Notes under the pieces: model-generated
What the model saw: only the letters and a program-made list of their open reading frames with translations
Told to the model about the DNA's origin: nothing
The model's database searches: none
DNA from: Convolutriloba macropyga
Taxonomy: Eukaryota
Direction: 5' to 3'
Assembly: GCF_964194025.1 (NCBI RefSeq)
Contig: NC_134471.1
Coordinates: 26,164,001-26,228,000 of the forward strand
Length of the DNA stretch: 64,000 nucleotides
Position numbers and translations under genes: made by a program
Part shown: one piece after another, positions 13,835 to 28,200 of the stretch
Position numbering within the stretch: the first letter of the stretch is position 1
Layout: every line of letters begins with the position of its first letter

Positions 13835-16800
13835 AACTGCTCGAAGTGTTGGAGTCCAGATGTTCTCTACGCAAACAATCTGGTCTTCATGGCCTGGGAT
13901 TCTCTACTCTTAACATCTGCTTACAAAGTTATGAGTCGTTTCAAAGAAGACTCGCTTTTGGTTCTCAACAGAAGCTTGAATGTTGTCAGTTTTATCATAA
14001 GAAAAAAACTAAAATAGCAACTTTCAAAAAGTAACGTGACGATTATCATTACAAGGAGCGGATAGAAAACAAACTGTCAATTATATAAAATAAGGAAATC
14101 GCCAGCTTCACCGATAAAAATTAATGTAATGTATAACCAAACTTCCGCCCGAGTCATAGTTTTTCCAAATGTATTAAAAATTGCCATATTAGCTTGATGG
14201 TAAGCTAATAGGCTCCCCTCAATTGTAGTCCGAATGATTTAAGTGAGCCCCCAATAAACTCAAACATTGATCTCTACCACGAAAAATGCTCTTTTAGCTG
14301 ATCTCGCTTGATATTTCTGTGATAAGCGAAGATCAGTTCAGCACAGATCCAAATTTTTACTCGGAAACAGAACTTCAGTGCTTCGTGTTGTAATAGTACA
14401 ACTCGCCAATCACAAAAAGGAGATTAAAAAATAGTCAGAGTCAAAAAAAGCTGTTTACAACGTTTTTATTATAAGGAAAAAAGTGCCCCATATTATTTTC
14501 CTAATAAGCCATCCGAGGCCAGTTTTTAAATGAACCTACACACCAAGACGGGAAAACCAGAAAGAAGTTCCGTTTCTTACAGGATTCCGATCTGCTGAAT
14601 TATTGATATAAGTATTAATAGTACCTGAAATTCGGGTAACATAGTAGGGACATTAGTTTGGGAACATGTAATATTTCAAAAACATTAAAATTGTTGAAAC
14701 TCAGCGCACGTCAAAAAATTTGAGCTCTATCGTGGCATAACAAAAAATGAAACTTTCTACCTAAACCTTTTCTGAGGACATCATTGAAGGAAACGTCATT
14801 CCGTCTTCAAAAATACTCCAGTTATTAGAAAATTAATCGTTTCAGATCTCAGCAGTCGTTATTCGAACAGCAAACGTTTGGTAAGTGTTCTTCAAGATTA
14901 AGCCCAAAACCGCTACTCAAAGCTATTATCGGTCAGCTTTTGTTCAATTGTTTTACCACTTTTGCGCTACGTAATTGACTGATATCTTTCTGTTGGTTCA
15001 ATTACACTGACCTAAAATATTCTGGGCAGATCAATTCCTATCTCAACTGCTATGGTTTTGACAAAAGTGTGCAATTTTTGGTTTTTTTGTCATATCTTTT
15101 TCTTTAAAGATTGTGTGCAGAAACTGGCCAAAAAAATTGCAAAATTAACCCAAACTTTGATCTGCTTGAGGTTTTTTCTACCTTTTAACCTCAGGGTCCA
15201 GATGATGAGAAATATGTGAAAAATCATTGATTTCACAAATTTGATTTAAAAAAGTTGACACCCCCAAATTGATTTAATGTCGTTACGAAAGCTTTCAGTT
15301 AGCTATATAAAGTCACGTTATTTATTCCAAAATATTAGTTATTCTGCTGGACAACTTGTTATATATCTCGGAACGGGTTGATAAACTGTAGCTAAGAAGA
15401 GACTTGAAGAGTGTTAGATTTGTTTACTCGCATTGATATTTGCATTTCTATTACAAATGGGTGATTGCAAAATTGTATGTTTTAGTCAACTTGACTTTAT
15501 AGATGAACAATTTCACTGTAGACTATATATTGAAAAATGCTCAAAAAATGTTCTTTCTTACAAAAAATTTGCTATTCGGCTTTTATTAAACTGATTTGAT
15601 GATACGAAAAAACTACTCTACCACTTTTGAGTTGTTTGGAAATCGTTGCTTTTTTTTCTTAAAAAATGAAGAAAGTGGTCTTATTATTAAGCTAAATAGC
15701 AGTTCTTTAAGCAAATATGACTTTATTTTGGCGGTACAAAGATCTAAGAACAACTCAAAATTGTCAAAAATGAAACTATTCTTCAAAATTCACAAAAATT
15801 ATACTGTAAGTTGGAAATATATCTCGGTGCTACAATTTAGCAAGAAATCTATTGTTTGTCTCGACAATGAACTGCTGAGAGCTGAGAAATCCTCTCTAAA
15901 AATCCTCTCAAGAAATCCTCTTATGAAATGTGATATAGGGTCAAAAAACTAACAGTGGAAAGCGGAAAGCATTTGAACTGCTCGAAGTGTTGGAGTCCAG
16001 ATGTTCTCCACGCAAATAATCTGGTCTTCATTGCCTGGGATTCTCTACTCTTAACATCTGCTTACAAAAATTTATGAGTCGTTTCAAAGAAGTTTTGCTT
16101 TTGGTTCTCAACAGAAGCTTGAATGTTGTCAGTTTTATCATAAGAAAAAACTAGGTTAACAACTTTCAAAAAGTAACGTGACGATTACTATTACAAGGAG
16201 CGGATAGAAAACAAACTGTCAATTAGACAAAATAAGGAAATCGCCGCCAGCTTCACCGATAAAAATTAATGTAATGTATAACCAATCTTCCGCCCGAGTC
16301 ATAATTTTTCCAAATGTATTAAAAATTGCCATATTAGCTTGATGGTAAGCTAATAGGCTCCCCTCAATTGTAGTTCGAATGATTTAAGCGAGCCCCCAAT
16401 AGACTCAAACATTGATCTCTACCACGAAAAATGCTCTTTTAGCTGATCTAGCTTGATATTTCTGTGATAAGTGCAGATCAGTTCAGCACAGATCCAAATT
16501 TTCACTCGGAAACAGAACTTCAGTGCTTCGTGTTGTAATAGTACAACTCGCCAATCACAAAAAGGAGATTAAAAAAATAGTCAGAGTAAAAAAAGCTGTT
16601 TACAACGATTTTATTATAAGGAAAAAAGTGCCCCATATTATTTTCCTAATAAGCCATCCGAGGCCAGTTTTTAAATGAACCTACACACCAAGACGGGAAA
16701 ACCAGAAAGAAGTTCCGTTTCTTACAGGATTCCGATCTGCTGAATTATTGATATAAATTTTAATAGTACCTGAAATTCGGGTAACATAGTAGGGACATTA

Positions 16801-18117
16801 GTTTGGTAACATGTAATATTTCAAAAACATTAAAATTGTTGAAACTCAGCGCACGTCAAAAAATTTGAGCTCTATCGTGGCATAACAAAAAATGAAACTT
16901 TCTACCTAAGCCTTTTCTGAGGACATCGTTGAAGGAAACGTCATTCCGTCTTCAAAAATACTCCAGTTATTAGAAAATTAATCGTTTCAGATCTCAGCAG
17001 TCGTTATTCGAACAGCAAACGTTTGGTAAGTGTTCTTCAAAATTAAGCCCAAAACCGTTACTCAAAGCTATTATCGGTCAGCTTTTGTTCAATTGTTTTA
17101 CCACTTTTGCGCTACGTAATTGACTGATACCTTTCTGTTGGTTCAATTACACTGACCTAAAATATTCTGGGCAGATCAATTCCTATCTCAACTGCTATGG
17201 TTTTGACAAAAGTGTGTAATTTTTAGGTTTTTTTGTCATATCTTTTTCTTTAAAGATTGTGTGCAGAAACTGGCGAGAAAAATTGCAAAATTAACCCAAA
17301 CTTTGATCTGCTTGAGGTTTTTTCTACCTTTTGACCTCAGGGTCCAGATGATGAGAAATATGTGAAAAATCATTGATTTCACAAATTTGATTTAAAAAAG
17401 TTGACACCCCCAAATTGATTTAATGTCGTTACGAAAGTTTTCAGTTAGCTATATAAAGTCACGTTATTTATTCCAAAATATTAGTTATTCTGCTGGACAA
17501 CTTGTTATATATCTCGGAACGGGTTGATAAACTGTAGCTAAGAAGAGACTTGAAGAGTGTTAGATTTGTTTACTCGCATTGATATTTGCATTTCTATTAC
17601 AAATGGGTGATTGCAAAATTGTATGTTTTAGTCAACTTGACTTTATAGATGAACAATTTCACTGTAGACTATATATTGAAAAATGCTCAAAAAATGTTCT
17701 TTCTTACAAAAATTTTGCTATTCGGCTTTTATTAAACTGATTTGATGATACGAAAAAACTACTCTACCTCTTTTGAGTTGTTTGGAAATCGTTGCTTTTT
17801 TTTCTTAAAAATGAAGAAAGTGGTCTTATTTTTAAGCTAAATAGCAGTTCTTTAAGCAAATATGACTTTATTTTGGCGGTACAAAGATCTAAGAACAACT
17901 CAAAATTGTCAAAAATGAAACTATTCTTCAAAATTCACAAAAATTATACTGTAAGTTGGAAATATATATCGGTGCTACAACTTAGCAAGAAATCTATTGT
18001 TTGTCTCGACAATGAACTGCTGAGAACTGAGAAATCCTCTCTAAAAATCCTCTCAAATAATCCTCTTATGAAATGTGATGTAGGATCAAAACACTAACAG
18101 TGGAAAGCGGAAAGCAC
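13835..18117. repeat. Near-identical ~2.14-kb tandem duplication inside the array
   Basis: aactgctcgaagtgttggagtccagatg at 13835 and 15976; both units end in cagtggaaagcggaaagca; matching ORFs 15596-15952 and 17792-18097. Confidence 0.92.
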
Positions 18118-18411
18118 TTAAAGTAATTAAGTGGAAAGATCAGTTTACCCTTGATTCATTCATAATTTATTCAACAACAATGGAACCTAACTATGTGGGG
18201 GGAGGAGGGGAGCTGTATAGGGGTAACAGTGCAATATGTAACTGTTCGGTTACCAAAAATTGTATCAGTTTTTTCTTAATGAAAACAAACGCAAGCGTCA
18301 TGGCTCGCCTCCGGCGTTGTTGTCAATCAAATTATCTCTGTGATTTGTTTAACTTGACGGCGAGGCCATTTTGGTTTGATATGTGTTAAGTGTTGGTTAG
18401 GGGATGTTTCT
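18060..18411. repeat. Internal copy of the array's right-hand flank (matches 38400-38755)
   Basis: aatcctcttatgaaatgtgatgtaggatc...poly-G...aaacaaacgcaagcgtcatgg...ggttaggggatgtttct occurs at both sites, after which the sequences diverge. Confidence 0.9.
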
Positions 18412-21400
18412 TGGCTGGAAATTGTTGCATTTTTTTTTAAAAAAAAAAACAAAAAAATGGGCTCAAAATTTAACTAAATTGCAGTTCATTAAGCAAATAA
18501 GAGTTTAATTTGGCGTTAAAAATATCAAAGAACAACTCAAAAATGTCAACTATGAAACCATTTTTCAAAATTCCTATCAATTATACTGTAAATTTGAAAC
18601 ATATATCGGTGTTCTAATTTACCAAAAAATCCCTTGTTTGCATTGAAAATTAACTGCTGAGAGCTCAGAAATGCTTTCTAAAAGTCGTCTCAATAAATTC
18701 GTGATAAAGTTAAATTGGTTAAAAACGATAGTCAGAGTCAAAAAATCCAGTTACTCTGTTTTTATCAAAAAAATCATGCCCGGGATTCTTTTCCCAATAA
18801 GATATTCGCGGCAAGTTTTTAAATGCATCTATACAACAAGACTGTGAGATCAGAAGGAAGTTCCGTTTTTTACAGGATTCCGATCTGTTGATTTATACAT
18901 ACGAAATTAAAAAATAGCATTTTTTCAGCTAAAATAAAAAGCAACATTGGTTTGGGAAAGTAAAATATTGCCAAAAACATTAAAACTGTTGCAACTCAGC
19001 GCACTTAACAAAGTTTGAGCTCCATCGTTACATGACAAAAACGAAACTTTTTGTCTAATATTTTGTGAGGACACTATTGAAGGCAACATCACTCCGTCTT
19101 CAAAAATTCACCAGATCAGAGTTGATTAGATCTGAGCAGTCTTTTTTCAAACAGCGAAAGTTTGGTGAGTGTTGTTCAAAGTTAGACCAAGACCTTAACC
19201 CTAAATTTATAATTTTTAAGTTTCTCGTCATTAACTTCTGGTTTATGATTGTGTGCAGAAGATGGCAGTGAAAAAATGCAAAATAAAGCCAAAACTTGGG
19301 GATGGTTGAAGTTTTTTTCTTCTATTCACCTCAGGCCTCTAACTGAGGAAAAACATGTGAATAATCATTGATTTCACAAATTTTTAAAAAAACTGAAACC
19401 CTCAGATTTATTTAATGTCGTTACGACAGTTTTTAGTTAAATTTGTAACGTTACTTATTCCAAAAATTTAGCTAATTTGTCGGACAGTTTAATACATCTC
19501 GGAATGGATTGATAGCTTGTAGTACAGAAATGATTTTTCGATTGTTAGATTTGTCTACGTGCTTTTCTATTTGAATTGCTAATACCAATCGGTTATTTGA
19601 CAATTGTAGGTTTATTGTCAACTTGACTTCATGCATGAATGTTTTCACTGTTACCTATATAATTGAAAATGCTCCGAAGTTGTTTTTCATATAATAGTTT
19701 TGTTTTTAATGAATTTGTTATATTTAATTTGTTTTGTTAAATTGATTAGATGATACGAAAAAATAGCTCTATCTCCTTTGAGTTGTTTGGTAATTGTTGC
19801 TTTTTTTTCCAACGGTGAATAAAGTGGTCATATAATTAAGCTAAACTGGGGTCCTTTAAACAAATAAGGCTTTATTTTGGCGGTACAAAGATCAAAGAAC
19901 AATTCAAAATTGTCATATATGAAATTATTTGTCACAATTCCTGTCAATTATACAGTAAATTTGTGATATATATCGGTGCTCTAACTTAACAAGAAATTTA
20001 TTGTTTTTTTTCGACTATAAACTGCTAAGGGCTGAGAAGTCTTCTCTTAAAATCCTCTCAAGAAGTCCTTGATAAAGTTAAATCAGTTCAACACAGATTC
20101 TGAGTTTCAGTCGGAAACAATGCTGCAGTGGTTTGTGTTGCAATTGTACATTTTGTGATGCATAAAAGGGAATTAAAAACTATACTCAGAGTTAAAAAAA
20201 TCCAATTACACTAATTGTATTATCAGGAAAAACGTGCACCAGTTTTCTTTTCCCAATAAGCCATTCGAGGCAATTTCTTTCAGAAGGAAGTTCCGTTTCT
20301 TACAGGATACCGATCTGTTGAAATATATACACTAATTTAAAAAATAGCTTTTTTTCAGCTAAAATAAAATGGAACATTGAAAGTAAAATATTGCCAAAAA
20401 CATTTAAACTGTTGAAATTCAGCGCACGTAGCAAAGTTTGAGCTCCACCCTGACATAAGAAATACGAAACTTTTTGTCTATTGTTTTTTTGAGGACACTA
20501 TTGCAGACAACAGCACTCCGCCTTCAAAAGTTGACCACTTGTTACAAAGTTGAGTGTTTCAGATCAAAAGTGATTAGATCTGAGCAATTTATTTTCAAAC
20601 AGCAAAAGTTTGGTGCATGTTCTTCAAAGTTAGAACAAAACCGTAACCCTAAGTATGTAATTTTTAAGTTTCTCATATTAAACTTCTGGTTTATGATTGT
20701 GTGCAGATGATGGCCGTGAAAAAATGCAAAATAAACCCAAATCTTGGGTCTGCTTGAAGTTTTTTTCTCCTTTTTACCTCAGAACTCTAAATGAGACAAA
20801 AATTGAATAATCATTGATTTCACAATTTAAAAAGAACTGAAACACTCAAGTTTATTAAATACCGTTACGATAGTTTTTAGTTAGCTGTATAAAGTTACTT
20901 TGTAGCGTTACTTAATCCAAAAATGTAGTTATTTTTCTGGACCAATTAATACATCTCGGAATGGATTGATAGCTTGTAGCTTTGAAATGAATTGTCGATT
21001 TTTAGTTTTGTTTACTCACATTTCTATTTGCATTTATAATACAAATGGGTTTTCGGACAAATGTAGGTTTTTAGTCAAATTGAACTCATGAAGGAATGTT
21101 TTCATTGTTATCTATATGTTAAAAAAAAGCTTCAAAGTTGTTTTTCATATAAAAATTCTGTTTTTATTAAATTTGTTAGATTAATTTTTTTTAATAAATT
21201 GATTAGATGATACGAAAAAATAACTATCTCCATTGATTTCTTTGGTAATTGTTGCATTATTTTCTTTAAAAAAGAATAAAGTGGTCTTATAATTAAGATA
21301 AATTCGGGTTCCTTAAACAAATAAGACCTTATTTAGGCGGTAAAAAGATCAAGGAAAAACCCAAAAATTGTCATTAATGAAACTATTTTTCAAAATTCCT

Positions 21401-22272
21401 GAAAATTATACAGCAAACTTGAAACATATATCGCTGCTCTAACTTTGGGAGAAATTTATTGTTTGACTCGACAATAAACTGCTGAGAGCTGAGAAGTTTT
21501 CCCTAAAAATATTCTCAAGAAAACAGTGATAAATTAAGTCAGTTCAACACAAATCCAGAAGTTTGTGTTGTACTTGTACAACTCGCAATGCATAAAAGGG
21601 AATTGAAAACGATAGTCAGAGTTCAAAAATCCAATTACACTGTTTTTATTATCAGGAAAAATTCTGCCCAGGGTTCTTTGCCTAATAAGCCAAACGAGTT
21701 AAGTTCTTAAATGCATCTACACACCAAGACTGTGAGATCAGAAGGAAGTTCCGTTTCTTACAGGATTCCGATCTGTTGATTTATACATACGAAATTAAAA
21801 AATAGCTTTTTTTCAGCTAAAAAAAAGGAACATTGGTTTTGGAAAGTGAAATATTGCCAAAAACAAAAAAATTGTTGAAACGCAGCGCACGTAACAAAAT
21901 TTGAGCTCCATCGTGACATAACAAATCAAAATTTTTTGCATAATGTTTTTATGAGGACACTATTGAAGGCAACATCACTCCGTCTTCAAAAGTTCACCAC
22001 TTGTCACAAAGATAAGTGTTTCAGTTCAAAGTTGATTAGATCTGAGCTGTCTTTTTTCAAACAGCAAAATTTGGTGAGTGTTGCTCAAGAGCAGACGAAG
22101 ACCGTAACCCTAAGTATGTAATTTTTAAGTTTTTCGTCTTAACCTTCTGGTTTATGATTGTGTGCAGAAGATGGCAGTGAAAAAATGCAAAATAAAACCA
22201 AGTTTCGGGTCTGCTTGAAGTTCTTTTCTCCTTTTAACCTCAGGACTGTAAATGAGGAAAAAAATGTGAAAT

Positions 22273-25200
22273 TTCATTGATTTTGAAAAAATTTTAAAAA
22301 AATTTGAAACATTCAAATTTATTTAATATCGTTTTCATCGTATTTAGTTAACTGTAGATTGTTATTCTGTAACGTTACATTTTCCAAAATTTCAGTTATT
22401 TCGCTGCAAAACTAAATACATTTTGGAATGGATTGACAGCTTGTAGCTTAGAAATGAGTTGGCAATTGTTAGAATTGTTCACTCCCATTTCTAATTGACT
22501 TTCTAATACAAATGGGTCATTGAACAATTGTTGGTTTATAGTCAACCTGAGTTCATGAAGGTATGGTTTCACTGTTACCTATATATTTAAAAATGCTCCA
22601 AAATTGATTTTGATATAATACTTTTGTTTTTATTAAATTTGTTAATTTAAATTTCATTTAATAAAATGATTAGATGATACAAAAAAATAGCTCTATTTCC
22701 TTTGAATTGTTTGTTAATTGTTGCATTTTTTTCTTGAAAAGTGATTAAAGTGGTCTTATAATAAAAGGTAACTGGGGTTCCTTAAACAAGTAAGATTTCA
22801 TTTTTGCGGTAAAAAGATCAATGAACAAAACAAAATTGTCATATATGAAACTATTTTTCAAAATTCTTGATAATTAAAAAGTAAATTTGAAATATGCATC
22901 GGTGCTTTAACTTAGCAAGAAATTTATTGTTTGTCTCGAATATAAACCGCTGAGAGCTGAGAAATCTTCTCTAAAAATCTTCTCAAGAAATCCGTGATAA
23001 AGTTAAATCAGTTCAACACAGATCTAATGATTCAGTCAGAAACAAGGCTGCAGTGGTTTGTGTTGTAATTGTAAAACGATAGTCAGAGTTTCTTTCAAGA
23101 TTCCGATCTCTTGATTTATAAATCTTAATTTAAGAACAAGTCGTTTTTCAGCTGAAACATTAGGAAATTTGGCTTTGCAATGTGAAATATAGCGAAAACA
23201 TTAAATTGCTGAAACTCAACAAACGCCACGAAGTGTGGGCTCCATTCTCTGCTGTGTCATAAAAAGAGCTTTTATTGGACATGAAGCAAACGCTACTCAA
23301 ATTTTCAAAGTCCTGGAGCCCAGTTGTTCTCTACGCTAATAATCTGGTCTTCATGGCTCAGGATTTTTCCTCTCAAGGTCTGCTTACAAAACTTTTCTGA
23401 TATTTTTCAAAGATGTTTTACCCTTAAATTCTCAACAGAAGCATGACTGTTGTCGGTTGAAATATATGAAAAAATTATGTTGTCAGCTTTCAAAACGTAA
23501 CATGACAACTTTTTTCTGCATGGAGCAGATAAAAAAGTGTAAAAGATATAAAATAAAGTAATTGCAAGTTTCACCTAAAAAATTAGTGCGATGTATAACC
23601 AAAATTCCTCCCAAGTCACAGATTTTCCAAACCTATGAGAAAATTCTATATGTCCGTGATGTTAAGCTAATAGACACCCCTTCATTGTAGTGCGAATAAG
23701 TTAAGAGAGCCCCCAACAAACCCAGCTATTGAGCTCCACCACAAAATTGCTTTTCAAGCTGATCTCAGGTGATTTCTCGGTGATAAGGGTAAACCAGTTC
23801 AGCACTGATCTAAATTTTCCAACGGAAAGAAAACTTCAGTGGTTTTTGTAGTAATTGTACAAATCGCCTCAAATAAAGGAGAGATAAAAACAATATTCAA
23901 TATCAAAAAATTTTTACTTCGTTACCGTTTCTATTACCAGGAAACATTTGCCCAGGATTGTTTTCCTAAAAAGCGATTTGAGGCGAGTTTCTTAATGGCA
24001 ATTACACACCAAAACTGTAAGATCAGAAATAAGTTCCGTTTCTCACAGGTTTCCAATCTGTTGAGTTATAAATGCTAATTTTAAAGCTAGCTATATTTCA
24101 GCTAAAATAGTAGGGACCTTGATTTGTGAATGCGAATTAATGCAAAGAGATAAAAATTGTTGAAACGCAAAGCACGCCACAAAATTTGAGCTCCATTGTG
24201 ACATGACGAAATAATAAACTTTTTTGTCTAACAAATTTCTGAGGACACTATTGAATGAAACATCACTCCGTCCTAACAAACACTCCCCTTGTCTCAAATT
24301 TAAGTGCTTCAGAGCAGCATTTTTTCAAATATCAATAGTTTGTTGAGTTTTCTTCAAAATAAAACCAAAACTGTAACTCAAAGCTATTATCGTTCAGTTC
24401 ATGTTGAATTGACTTATCCATTTTGTGCTGCGTAATTGACTGATAACTTTCTGCTACTATAAACTTACCTAAAATTTTCTTTGCAGATAATTTCCTGTCT
24501 TGACTGCTATTGTTTTGATAATAGTTTGTAGTTTTTAGGTTTCTCGTCAAAATTTTTTGTTTATGACGGTGTGCAAAACATTGCTGAAAAAAATTGCCAA
24601 GAAACATTGTCGATGGTGTGCAGAACACTGCCAACAAAATTGCAGAGAAAAAATTTAAAATAAATCCAAAATTTGGGGCTGCTTGGATAATTTTTTTCCC
24701 TTATGACCTCAGGACTCTAAATGAGGAGAAATATGTGAATAATCATTGATTTTGAAAAAATTTTAAAAAAATTTGAAACACTCAAATTTATTTAATATCG
24801 TTTTCATCGTTTTTAGTTAACTGTAGATTGTTATTCTGTAACGTTGCATTTTCAAAAATTTCAGTTATTTCGCTGCACAACTAAATACATTTTGGAATGG
24901 ATTGACAGCTTGTAGCTTAGAAATGAGTTGGCAATTGTTAGAATTGTTCAATCCCATTTCTAATTGACTTTCTAATACAAATGGGTCATTGAACAATTGT
25001 AGGTTTATAGTCAACCTGAGTTCATGAAGGTATGGTTTCACTGTTACCTATATATTTAAAAATGCTCCAAAATTGATTTTGATATAATACTTTTGTTTTT
25101 ATTAAATTTGTTAATTTAAATTTCATTTAATAAATTGATTAGATGATACAAAAAATAACTCTATTTCCTTTGAATTGTTTGTTAATTGTTGCATTTTTTT

Positions 25201-28200
25201 CTTGAAAAGTGATTAAAGTGTTCCTATAATAAAGGGTAACTGGGGTTTCTTAAACAAGTAAGATTTCATTTTTGCGGTAAAAAGATCAATGAACAAAACA
25301 AAATTGTCATATATGAAACTATTTTTCAAAATTCTTGAAAATTAAAAAGTAAATTTGAAATATGCATCGGTGCTTTAACTTAGCAAGAAATTTATTGTTT
25401 GTCTCGAATATAAACCGCAGAGAGCTGAGAAATCTTCTCTAAAAATCTTCTCAAGAAATCCGTGATAAAGTTAAATCAGTTCAACACAGATCTAATGATT
25501 CAGTCAGAAACAAGGCTGCAGTGGTTTGTGTTGTAATTGTAAAACGATAGTCAGAGATTCTTTCAAGATTCCGATCTCTTGATTTATAAATCTTAATTTA
25601 AGACCAAGTTGTTTTTCAGCTGAAACATTAGGAAATTTGGCTTTGCAATGTGAAATATAGCAAAAACATTAAATTGCTGAAACTCAACAAACGCCACGAA
25701 GTGTGGGCACCATTCTCTGCTGTGTCATAAAAAGAGCTTTTATTGGACATGAAGCAAACGCTACTTAAATTTTCAAAGTCCTGGAGCCCAGTTGTTCTCT
25801 ACGCTAATAATCTGGTCTTCATGGCTCAGGATTTTTCCTCTCAAGGTCTGCTTACAAAACTGTTCTGATATTTTTCAAAGATGTTTTACCCTTAAATTCT
25901 CAACAGAAGCATGACTGTTGTCGGTTGAAATATATGAAAAAATTATGTTGTCGGCTTTCAAAACGTAACATGACAACTTTTTTCTGCATGGAGCAGATAA
26001 AAAAGTGTAAAAGATATAAAATAAAGTAATTGCAAGTTTCGCCTAAAAAATTAGTGCGATGTATAACCAAAATTCCTCCCAAGTCACAGATTTTCCAAAC
26101 CTATGAGAAAATTCTATATGTCCGTGATGTTAAGCTAATAGACACCCCTTCATTGTAGTGCGAATAAGTTAAGAGAGCCCCCAACAAACCCAGCTATTGA
26201 GCTCCACCACAAAATTGCTTTTCAAGCTGATCTCAGGTGATTTCTCGGTGATAAGGGTAAACCAGTTCAGCACTGATCTAAATTTTCCAACGGAAAGAAA
26301 ACTTCAGTGGTTTTTGTAGTAATTGTACAAATCGCCTCAAATAAAGGAGAGATAAAAACAATAGTCAATATCAAAAAATTTTTACTTCGTTACCGTTTCT
26401 ATTACCAGGAAACATTTGCCCAGGATTGTTTTCCTAAAAAGCGATTTGAGGCGAGTTTCTTAATGGCAATTACACACCAAAACTGTAAGATCAGAAATAA
26501 GTTCCGTTTCTCACAGGTTTCCAATCTGTTGAGTTATAAATGCTAATTTTAAAGCTAGCTATATTTCAGCTAAAATAGTAGGGACCTTTATTTGTGAATG
26601 CGAATTAATGCAAAGAGATAAAAGTTGTTGAAACGCAAAGCACGCCACAAAATTTGAGCTCCATTGTGACATGACGAAATACTAAACTTTTTTGTCTAAC
26701 AAATTTCTGAGGACACTATTGAATGAAACATCACTCCGTCCTAACAAACACTCCCCTTGTCTCAAATTTAAGTGCTTCAGAGCAGCATTTATTCAAATAT
26801 CAATAGTTTGGTGAGTTTTCTTCAAAATAAAACCAAAACTGTAACTCAAAGCTACTATCGTTCAGTTCATGTTGAATTGACTTATCCATTTTGTGCTGCG
26901 TAATTGACTGATAACTTTCTGCTACTATAAACTTACCTAAAATTTTCTTTGCAGATAATTTCCTGTCTTGACTGCTATTGTTTTGATAATAGTTTGTAGT
27001 TTTTAGGTTTCTCGTCAAAATTTTTTGTTTATGACGGTGTGCAAAACATTGCTGAAAAAAATTGCCAAGAAACATTGTCGATGGTGTGCAGAACACTGCC
27101 AACAAAATTGCAGAGAAAAAATTTAAAATAAATCCAAAATTTGGGGCTGCTTGGATAATTTTTTTCCCTTATGACCTCAGGACTCTAAATGAGGAGAAAT
27201 ATGTGAATAATCATTGATTTTGAAAAAATTTTAAAAAAATTTGAAACACTCAAATTTATTTAATATCGTTTTCATCGTTTTTAGTTAACTGTAGATTGTT
27301 ATTCTGTAACGTTGCATTTTCAAAAATTTCAGTTATTTCGCTGCACAACTAAATACATTTTGGAATGGATTGACAGCTTGTAGCTTAGAAATGAGTTGGC
27401 AATTGTTAGAATTGTTCACTCCCATTTCTAATTGACTTTCTAATACAAATGGGTCATTGAACAATTGTAGGTTTATAGTCAACCTGAGTTCATGAAGGTA
27501 TGGTTTCACTGTTACCTATATATTTAAAAATGCTCCAAAATTGATTTTGATATAATACTTTTGTTTTTATTAAATTTGTTAATTTAAATTTCATTTAATA
27601 AATTGATTAGATGATACAAAAAATAACTCTATTTCCTTTGAATTGTTTGTTAATTGTTGCATTTTTTTCTTGAAAATTGATTAAAGTGTTCCTATAATAA
27701 AGGGTAACTGGGGTTTCTTAAACAAGTAAGATTTCATTTTTGCGGTAAAAAGATCAATGAACAAAACAAAATTGTCATATATGAAACTATTTTTCAAAAT
27801 TCTTGAAAATTAAAAAGTAAATTTGAAATATGCATCGGTGCTTTAACTTAGCAAGAAATTTATTGTTTGTCTCGAATATAAACCGCTGAGAGCTGAGAAA
27901 TCTTCTCTAAAAATCTTCTCAAGAAATCCGTGATAAAGTTAAATCAGTTCAACACAGATCTAATGATTCAGTCAGAAACAAGGCTGCAGTGGTTTGTGTT
28001 GTAATTGTAAAACGATAGTCAGAGTTTCTTTCAAGATTCCGATCTCTTGATTTATAAATCTTAATTTAAGACTAAGTTGTTTTTCAGCTGAAACATTAGG
28101 AAATTTGGCTTTGCAATGTGAAATATAGCAAAAACATTAAATTGCTGAAACTCAACAAACGCCACGAAGTGTGGGCACCATTCTCTGATGTGTCATAAAA

